Below are positions 56,868 to 62,880 of a DNA stretch of 64,000 nucleotides, piece after piece. This stretch comes from a virus: IMG/VR virus record IMGVR_UViG_3300045988_157568. One strand, written 5' to 3'. Position numbers and translations under genes: made by a program. The first letter of the stretch is position 1. The number at the start of each line of letters is the position of its first letter. Below the pieces are notes generated by a model. It did not search any database. It worked only from the letters and a program-made list of their open reading frames with translations, and was not told where the DNA came from.

Positions 56868-56892
56868 AGGGAGCATTTATAAAGTGCTCCCT
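56868..56892 (-). terminator. hairpin plus U-rich tract
   Basis: 8-bp stem AGGGAGCA / TGCTCCCT, followed on the minus strand by CUUUAUCUUU. Confidence 0.55.
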
Positions 56893-56908
56893 ATTAACGT
56901 GTATTTAA

Positions 56909-58072
56909 TTATTCTTCTTCACTTTCATACTCGCCGCCGCAAATTTCGCAGATAAATGTATCATCTTCTTCATTGTATTGGAGTGGCTGACCGCAGCAGT
57001 AAGGCTCACCGTTTAGTGTATAAGGTGCACCTTCTTCAACTTCGTCACCTTCATCATCAATGAATAGCATTTTTAGTTGAAGATATGCGTCAAACAATTC
57101 ATCATTATCCATATCGTCAATCTCATCTGCTGACTCATCATAGTATGCCTTTAGAGCCTTTTTCATTGTGACTGCCTTTAGCTTACCGTCATCATATTTC
57201 TTTTCAAGCATAGATTTTAGAGCTTTTAGTGCCTTTTTACGAGCTGGTTTGATGTTAGGGTTACTTAGGTCATTTACATCTTCTTCGTCACCTTCATCTT
57301 CAACATCTTCATCTTCGTAATCATCATCTTCATAATCGTCATCTTCAGGTTCTTCTTTATTTTCACCTTCGCCATTGATTGCAATAGCACCGTCTTGTAC
57401 TGCCTTGATTAGCTTGTTGATTAAAGCCTGACGCTTACCCTTTGCGGAGATACCTGCTTCAACAAGTAAGTCTGCAATTTCTTCCGTTTCCATTTCGGAT
57501 ACTCTATCTTCAATTTCTTCCGCAAGACTTTCTTCATCATCAATAGGCTCTGCTTCAACATCTTCTTCGCCGTCATCTTCGTCTGTATCATCTTCATCTT
57601 CAACATCTTCAAGTGTTGTTTCTTCTTCGTCATCTTCGTCAAAATCTTCTTCAATCTGTTCTGACGCACCTAAAATGTTGTCAATTAAAGTTTCTCTGTC
57701 ACCCTTTGCTGATACACCGACTTCTTTGGCAATCTTTTTTAGCTCATTATACTTTTTGCCGTCAAGAGCTTCTTTTGTATAAATATCGTCTGTTTCATCA
57801 GATGTTTCGTCAACTTCGTCAACTTCGTCAACTTCTTGCTTTTCAACCTTTGACTTCTTAGTTGTCGACTTCTTAACAGGTACAACCTTTTCAGATGTTT
57901 TTGGTGTTTCCAATGTACCAGCTGTTTCCAATGTACCAACTGTTTCAGCCAACTCTGTCATTTCAAATACAGGTAGTGCCATAAGCATATCTGTATATGC
58001 GTCAAAGAAGTCTGCCATTGCCTTCTTCATATCCAACACCGATTTAATTAATTGTTCCTTATTGTTTGCCAT
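56909..58072 (-). CDS. highly acidic protein with two SAP/Rho-N-like helix motifs and a C-terminal zinc ribbon
   Basis: ATG at 58072 after AAGGAGG. It has long D/E runs, YNELKKIAKEVGVSAKGDRETLIDNIL and IADLLVEAGISAKGKRQALINKLI, and a C-terminal CCGQPL...CEICGG. Confidence 0.6.
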   Translation of the reverse strand: MANNKEQLIKSVLDMKKAMADFFDAYTDMLMALPVFEMTELAETVGTLETAGTLETPKTSEKVVPVKKSTTKKSKVEKQEVDEVDEVDETSDETDDIYTKEALDGKKYNELKKIAKEVGVSAKGDRETLIDNILGASEQIEEDFDEDDEEETTLEDVEDEDDTDEDDGEEDVEAEPIDDEESLAEEIEDRVSEMETEEIADLLVEAGISAKGKRQALINKLIKAVQDGAIAINGEGENKEEPEDDDYEDDDYEDEDVEDEGDEEDVNDLSNPNIKPARKKALKALKSMLEKKYDDGKLKAVTMKKALKAYYDESADEIDDMDNDELFDAYLQLKMLFIDDEGDEVEEGAPYTLNGEPYCCGQPLQYNEEDDTFICEICGGEYESEEE

Positions 58073-58143
58073 AATAAACAACCTCCTTGATTTTTTATAT
58101 TTTTATTTTCTTTGATAACGTATTTCGTTATCACTATGACTAC

Positions 58144-58172
58144 ATTATAGCACACCAATTTTTATTTGTCAA
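58144..58172 (-). promoter_or_regulatory. sigma-70-type promoter TTGACA-17-TATAAT with TGn extension
   Basis: Minus strand: TTGACA (58172-58167), a 17-nt spacer ending TGC, TATAAT (58149-58144). A GATAACG/CGTTATC inverted repeat (58114-58132) lies in the leader. Confidence 0.65.
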
Positions 58173-58185
58173 GTAAGGAAAATCC

Positions 58186-58530
58186 TCATTCCATAGACAA
58201 TGCGTGTTTTTTCAACCAATCATTCAAAAACAATGATTTATGCTCAATTTTCATCATCTCTGCATAAACCTTATCAAGAGCCTTAATCAACTTTTCTCTT
58301 GTTTCTTCGTTCGTTTCAGGTAAGTCTATCTTAACTAAATAAGCGTCCTTTACCTTTTGCAGACTTAAATATGTATTCTCCAATAAAACATCAAGTGACT
58401 TAACATAACCATAATCGGCTTTCTCTAAATGCTTTTCAAAATCAAGCATATTGCCGTCTATAAGCTGACTTAGTTCACTTATAAAGCCTTTTTCAAAGGC
58501 ACTCGCTTTTTTACTTCCTGATATTATCAT
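58186..58530 (-). CDS. hypothetical protein
   Basis: 114-aa ORF. Confidence 0.5.
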   Translation of the reverse strand: MIISGSKKASAFEKGFISELSQLIDGNMLDFEKHLEKADYGYVKSLDVLLENTYLSLQKVKDAYLVKIDLPETNEETREKLIKALDKVYAEMMKIEHKSLFLNDWLKKHALSME

Positions 58531-58532
58531 AC

Positions 58533-58817
58533 TTAAAACTCCTTACTCAATTTTAATAATACAAAAGCTGATACTCCACACATCAAAGAGCTAAAATAGT
58601 CGCCCCTTATAAGTGTTATAAACACTGTCGCCACCAAAAGCAATGATATAATGAGGGAAGCCATTGACCCTATTACCATTAATACTTCAAGCACTTTTTT
58701 CAAAATAGCATTGAATTTTTCTTTAAAACCGTCAGGCTTGCTCTTGTTATTTTCACCCGAAAGTGCTTTACCCAAATTATTTACTGCGTCTGTTATACCA
58801 TTCATTAACTCATTCAT
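58533..58817 (-). CDS. membrane protein
   Basis: 94 aa with two C-terminal TM helices. Confidence 0.5.
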   Translation of the reverse strand: MNELMNGITDAVNNLGKALSGENNKSKPDGFKEKFNAILKKVLEVLMVIGSMASLIISLLLVATVFITLIRGDYFSSLMCGVSAFVLLKLSKEF

Positions 58818-58819
58818 CT

Positions 58820-59422
58820 TTAATACTCCTTATAAAACACCCTTGTCATTATTATAAAACAATTTTCTCTCCACTTATTCTTGCGTACATTCTTTTTCAA
58901 GTTCTCTGTTGCTTCTTCATAAGTGTTAAAAGTGTTCACTACTTCGTAATGCTCACCGTCTGACATATTATATTTCCTTGCCAAAACATAGTCCTTTTGC
59001 TTGATATTTTTCTTATCCACACATAAAATGTCCGTATCACGCTCTGAAATCGCCAAAATCAAGTCTTTTGTACTTACAAGGTCTAATTGTAAGCTAAAGT
59101 CTTTTACTTTCTCAAATCGGCGTTTTTGCCCGAATACATTAAGCTCCTGCTTGTCCTTAGGTACTGGTGATAGAAATTCTAAAAGGTCACGAGTCCAAAC
59201 ATAACTCTTGCCATTTAAACTCTTATACACGACAACAGGGTTTTCAGTGGTACTGTCCATACCAATACTCATTACACGATAGTAGCCACCTTTAAAATGC
59301 CGTACTATTGGCTCGGATTGTAAGTCTACTATCAATTCCACAACCGACTTGCCATAGTAAGCTTCAATCTCATCAATCAATTCTTGTGTTTTACTGTCCT
59401 TTTTCTTAGTTAATTCGTCCAT
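58820..59422 (-). CDS. DUF1653-like domain protein
   Basis: ATG at 59422 after AAGGAGG. RHFKGGYYRVMSIG...VVVYKSLNGKSYVWTRDLLEF matches the DUF1653 signature (HYKGG.Y...VvY..l....W.RP...F) as I remember it. Confidence 0.55.
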   Translation of the reverse strand: MDELTKKKDSKTQELIDEIEAYYGKSVVELIVDLQSEPIVRHFKGGYYRVMSIGMDSTTENPVVVYKSLNGKSYVWTRDLLEFLSPVPKDKQELNVFGQKRRFEKVKDFSLQLDLVSTKDLILAISERDTDILCVDKKNIKQKDYVLARKYNMSDGEHYEVVNTFNTYEEATENLKKNVRKNKWRENCFIIMTRVFYKEY

Positions 59423-59581
59423 AATTTCCTCCTTATAGCATAAATAGCTTACCAGCATTGTGCCGATAAGCTATCTATGAAACGACTATTCATACTTTTA
59501 GTGGGGGAAGTACAAATATTAAATCTGTATAGCTCCCTGCAAGGTGTGACCTTGTTAAACAGACTCTCTGTCAGAAAGCAT

Positions 59582-60622
59582 ATACAAGCTATGGTTAGAT
59601 AGCTTGTATTGTGTCGAAAGGATTGTGAATAAATCACAAATAATGATAAAGCCAGTAGATTACATCAACCACTTAATCAATTCCATATGTAACTCTAAAC
59701 GAGGTGTAGGAATTCTCGGGTCTACTTAGGAGAGTACTCTTGGGAATTACTCTCCCATAAACCTATTAAATTCAAAGGAGGTGCAATTACCATATGGAGT
59801 AACCGCACATTGTCAAAATGACAAACTGAACCTTGCTATGTTAATATGTATAGAGGACTTATTGAAAAACAAGCAAGTAATATACCAAACCATTTAATCA
59901 AAAGTTATTAAACTTAGCAAAGTTCAGCGTTTTCATAAGCTCTATGAAAACTATTTAACAATTACTCATTGTGAAATGAGGAGTTGTTTGTTCTGCACTG
60001 TTTCACGAACAGTGCAAGTGGAAATCAGTGACTTGAGTAGTTCTATTGTAAGTACCGTTTAATACAATACTCATCTACTCTGCCGCCCCAAACGGTTTTA
60101 AGGGACATATATGCTGTCACTGAATTGGTGGGTATTGCAGGTGTCGAACCTGCTCCAAAACAAAAGCTATTCTTCTGAAATGTAGTGCCACCACGAATAC
60201 CCATATGGTGGTGAATAACCGCCAAACTCACCACCATATTAAAATAATATAACGAAAAACAAACATTTTGCCATACAATCGGAATTAAACAAAATGCTTA
60301 CGTTCAAGCGTGGTTACACAAGAAGTCAAAGCAACCACGCAAGAAACTTGTGCCCCCATTCGGCTATAATGGGTATACGATTTTATTGTTGACCGAACGG
60401 GGACTGGCTACACGATTGAGAATTGCACTCAATTACACTTTGAGAGGTCATTGCGTTCAGTGGTATTACTATCCCACTCAATGAATGATGTGCTTGTGTA
60501 CTCTAAGCGTGTAATATGTGAAAATCTATGAGAAAGTGTTTAGGTGTGAAACCGCAACGAACACCACGGAAGAAATATTCGAGCTACAACACCTGAAACA
60601 AGGAACGTCATCTCTCAATGAC
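59582..60622 (-). ncRNA. candidate large structured non-coding RNA or giant structured leader (about 1 kb, boundaries approximate)
   Basis: It has no SD-preceded ORF. A consensus promoter at 60629-60657 fires into it. There are more than 12 helices, several with G-U pairs only in the minus sense. A tRNA-like module is embedded. A possible 3' hairpin lies at 59582-59609. Confidence 0.5.
60126..60202 (-). tRNA. tRNA-like element with encoded CCA and non-canonical anticodon and D regions
   Basis: Minus strand: GGGTATT...AATACCC 7-bp acceptor stem, T arm GCAGG-TTCGACA-CCTGC, discriminator A, CCA. A 17-nt anticodon-arm equivalent, CAGAA-GAATAGC-TTTTG, lacks U33. Confidence 0.5.
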
Positions 60623-60628
60623 AAGCTC

Positions 60629-60657
60629 ATTATAACATCACTTAACACACTTGTCAA
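60629..60657 (-). promoter_or_regulatory. sigma-70-type promoter TTGACA-17-TATAAT with TGn extension, directed into the ORF-free region
   Basis: Minus strand: TTGACA (60657-60652), a 17-nt spacer ending TGT, TATAAT (60634-60629). It overlaps the last codons of the 60638-60856 ORF. Confidence 0.65.
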
Positions 60658-60856
60658 TACTTTTTTTAATTTTTTTCAAAATTTTTTTCTTTGGAGGGGC
60701 TGAAACCCCTTTTTCCACGCTTAAATCAGTGCCTTTATGTATCATATCCCTTAAAATCAAAGGTATCTCACTTAAAGGCTTGTCTTTCAGTTCAGGATAG
60801 TCAATCAAAAGATTATCTACACAATCCTTAACAAGCGTCAATGCTTTACTTTCCAC
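60638..60856 (-). CDS. hypothetical small protein
   Basis: 72-aa ORF with a Lys-rich C-terminus. The start is uncertain (GTG). Confidence 0.45.
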   Translation of the reverse strand: MESKALTLVKDCVDNLLIDYPELKDKPLSEIPLILRDMIHKGTDLSVEKGVSAPPKKKILKKIKKSIDKCVK

Positions 60857-61188
60857 CGTATCTCACCCCCTATTCTGTCTATATCTTTCAAGTAGCATAT
60901 GACAACTTTGATTAAATCGTCAAGCAACTCGTAATGATTATTCAAGTTCGTAATTGTCGTTGTGTTATTTTCAGGTGAGTCCAACTCTCTGACTTTTAAA
61001 CAATAACACTCATCAAAATCGTTATACATTGCCATAATTGCAATGCTTAGATACTTCTTCAACGTCTTGTTATTTGCAACAAGCACTAAAAGGTCATCTT
61101 CACGATTACTCGTCCAACTTAAATCGTTATGATTACTCTGAATTGCAGTCACTCGGCTCTTTGCAATTTCCAGTATGTCATACTTCAT
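60838..61188 (-). CDS. hypothetical protein
   Basis: ATG at 61188 (MKYDILEIAK) lies about 10 nt after AAAGGAG. The track start at 61242 falls inside the promoter. Confidence 0.5.
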   Translation of the reverse strand: MKYDILEIAKSRVTAIQSNHNDLSWTSNREDDLLVLVANNKTLKKYLSIAIMAMYNDFDECYCLKVRELDSPENNTTTITNLNNHYELLDDLIKVVICYLKDIDRIGGEIRWKVKH

Positions 61189-61213
61189 CTTCCACATCTC
61201 CTTTCGTGAAACT

Positions 61214-61242
61214 ATGATAACACAAACAATGAAATTCGTCAA
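61214..61242 (-). promoter_or_regulatory. sigma-70-type promoter TTGACG-17-TATCAT with TGn extension
   Basis: Minus strand: TTGACG (61242-61237), a 17-nt spacer ending TGT, TATCAT (61219-61214). Confidence 0.5.
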
Positions 61243-61288
61243 GTGGTAATTCTCCTCATTACAAAATTTTTAGCTTCTCATATCACTT

Positions 61289-61351
61289 CACGCACACGCC
61301 CACGCACATACAGGCGTACACACGCCTACACACGCACACACGCACGTGCGT
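61289..61351. repeat. GC-rich (CA/CG)n purine-pyrimidine alternating tract ending in the 12-bp palindrome ACGCACGTGCGT
   Basis: The sequence is CACGCACACGCCCACGCACATACAGGCGTACACACGCCTACACACGCACACACGCACGTGCGTA. It contains a 23-nt perfect R/Y alternation, a palindrome at 61340-61351, and an AGGCGT/ACGCCT hairpin. Confidence 0.6.
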
Positions 61352-61358
61352 AACTACG

Positions 61359-61442
61359 TTATATTGTATTATATATTAATATATTATAATATATAATTAT
61401 ATATAATTAATTATATATAATTATAATATTTATAATTATATA
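61359..61442. repeat. 84-nt almost pure A/T tract (one G) with tandem 14-bp palindromes AATTATATATAATT x2
   Basis: The palindromes lie at 61395-61408 and 61409-61422. The tract is candidate DNA-unwinding-element-like sequence. Confidence 0.55.
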
Positions 61443-61512
61443 CAGCTATTAATTGTTCACTTAATTAATACATAAATGTATTAATAAAGTTCACCGAGTA
61501 TTTTTGCATTTT

Positions 61513-61577
61513 TGTGCAAATGCACATCATTGGTTATTATATACACTTTTGCTCTCTGTTTTTGTGCAATATGTACA
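61513..61577. promoter_or_regulatory. two operator-like near-palindromes related to the RHH-promoter palindrome
   Basis: TGTGCAAATGCACA (61513-61526) and TGTGCAATATGTACA (61563-61577) are each preceded by TTT, as is TGTGCATATGCACA at 11352. A TATAAT on the minus strand (61536-61541) lies between them. Confidence 0.4.
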
Positions 61578-61619
61578 AGCTAAATTCCTTCGGAATTGGG
61601 GTTCTTATTTGGGTTAGTT

Positions 61620-61694
61620 TCGCTCCGCTCAACAACCCAAAACGACTCGTGCGTTCCGCTTCGCTCCACTTCGAGAATTACACTCGCTCCGCTC
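61620..61694. repeat. direct repeats of TCGCTCCGCTC in a GC-richer island
   Basis: Exact 11-mers at 61620-61630 and 61684-61694, with a permuted copy (TCCGCTTCGCTCC) at 61655-61667. The first copy sits in the loop of the TTTGGGTT/AACCCAAA inverted repeat (61608-61641). Confidence 0.5.
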
Positions 61695-61882
61695 GTTTAC
61701 CACCTAAAATCACTCTTTTTAACTGGTAATTTAATCGTGGTTTTTAACTGCTATTTAAGGTCTTTAGGGAGGTATTTTAGTTGCATTTTCTTAATAAAAC
61801 TACTACACTAAATTTCCATATTTTGTGTCATTTTTAAATTCTACATCACTCCCTCAATATTTATTTTGGCGATATTTTTGAA

Positions 61883-61997
61883 AGTGACTTTTAGCCATAA
61901 AATAGTGACTTTTTGTACGCTATTGTGACTACATCAATGTGACATTTATTGTGACTTATGTGACTACATCTCTGTCATTGTGACTACATCTCTGTCA
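61883..61997. repeat. seven GTGAC-core iteron-like repeats including a 19-nt unit repeated in tandem at a 20-bp period
   Basis: GTGAC at 61883, 61904, 61924, 61938, 61950, 61959 and 61979. GTGACTACATCTCTGTCAT is repeated at 61959-61977 and 61979-61997. TTGTGACTACATC occurs at 61922 and 61977 (TATGTGACTACATC at 61956). Confidence 0.6.
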
Positions 61998-62109
61998 TAC
62001 TAATTAGCTGGTCGTTGGGAGGGTGAAAACCATATCACTCCCTCAATTTTATTCCGCAACTGTAAGATACCACACACACGACAGGTGGGAAGTGACTGTA
62101 AATTAATGG

Positions 62110-62395
62110 TGGGGGTGGTATTATATGTTATGTTACAAGTTCATTACATTTTTGTTACGCTTTTGTTATGTATTTGTTAAGAAAAAGTTACATTTCAATA
62201 TTACATTTTTATTAATAATTTGCTGCAATTATATTACAATTCAAAAGAAAATTTTTTGTAAGAATTTTACAAGAAAAAAATTGTAAAATAAAATCATTTC
62301 ATTATTTTAAAAATCAAATTGAAATACATTTCAAATTTAAAATTGAAATATCAAACAATATTTAATATTCCATTTCAAAAAAATCAAAAAGAAGC
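62110..62395. repeat. AT-rich region with several short repeat families
   Basis: TTTGTTA(C/T/A)G x3, TTACATTT x3, and AAATTGAAATA x2 with a TTGAAAT/ATTTCAA inverted repeat, plus TTGTAA/TTACAA pairs. Boundaries are approximate. Confidence 0.4.
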
Positions 62396-62535
62396 AGCAA
62401 AGCAGGCGGTAATATAAGCGGTTAAATAGGTGTATAAGGCAATAAATACAATTAAATATATAAGTTATATACCTATTGTAATTATTGATGTTTTAAAGGC
62501 GATTACAAGCCGTTCACAAGATACAGATTAAGCAA

Positions 62536-62565
62536 TAAAAAACGGCTATTATATAGCCGTTTTTA
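62536..62565 (-). terminator. rho-independent terminator (bidirectional shape)
   Basis: ACGGCTAT / ATAGCCGT stem with a 3-nt loop, flanked by an A-run and a T-run. It overlaps the stop of the 62549-62857 gene and closes the early operon. Confidence 0.65.
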
Positions 62566-62857
62566 CTAACCTATCTATACATTCCATAGCAGATTGGAAA
62601 TCAGTAGTTGATATTTTTTTATATTTCTGTTTGGCTAAGTAGTGCCGTTTATATCGTTTGCAAAAATGAAATCTATTTTTTTGTATTGTCATTCCACAAA
62701 TTATTTTTGTGGAATTATTAATATTATAGCTAAAATCCTTTTTCGGGTATGGTATATCCCGAATTAATGAATAATATTCACATAGCAGGTCAACATCAAT
62801 AGCATTGGCAACTATTAGAATGTTACCGTTATTACTGTAAATTAAAATTTTATCCAT
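62549..62857 (-). CDS. hypothetical early protein
   Basis: 102-aa ORF preceded by AGGAG. Confidence 0.5.
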   Translation of the reverse strand: MDKILIYSNNGNILIVANAIDVDLLCEYYSLIRDIPYPKKDFSYNINNSTKIICGMTIQKNRFHFCKRYKRHYLAKQKYKKISTTDFQSAMECIDRLVKTAI

Positions 62858-62880
62858 ATTTTAATCTCCTATTCTTTTTA

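Noticed and set aside
57421-57939. Alternative-frame ORFs within the acidic protein gene (57421-57669, 57739-57939, and plus-strand 57613-57861). Similar cases are 50346-50576, 23796-23981 and 4309-4491.
   Set aside because: These are out-of-frame products of low-complexity or long coding regions, nested in stronger ORFs with recognisable features.
59449-59637. Short ORFs inside the ORF-free locus (59449-59637 minus, 60043-60237 minus, 60518-60703 plus)
   Set aside because: They have no Shine-Dalgarno motif and odd composition. 60043-60237 runs straight through the tRNA-like element and its hairpin. They are better explained as chance ORFs in a structured RNA region.
59965-59980. GUGA (GNRA-type) tetraloops on the plus strand (59965-59980 and 59538-59551), considered as evidence that the RNA is plus-sense
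   Set aside because: The evidence for minus-sense is stronger: the promoter orientation, the tRNA-like element, and four helices whose wobble pairs exist only in the minus sense. These hairpins form on either strand.
60126-60170. The tRNA-like element as a mere attP-type 3' tRNA fragment of a temperate phage
   Set aside because: A matching 5' acceptor strand (GGGTATT) lies at exactly tRNA distance, giving a full 77-nt unit. No integrase gene is present in the window.
61514-61811. Two overlapping 71-aa plus-strand ORFs in the repeat-rich non-coding hub
   Set aside because: They are on the wrong strand relative to every other gene, have no RBS, and are built from the TCGCTCCGCTC repeats and hairpins.
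61883-61997. Possible CRISPR array, considered because of closely spaced direct repeats
   Set aside because: The repeats are short (a 5-19 nt core), the spacings are irregular (9-21 bp), there are no unique spacers of uniform length, and no cas genes are present. The pattern is iteron-like, not CRISPR.
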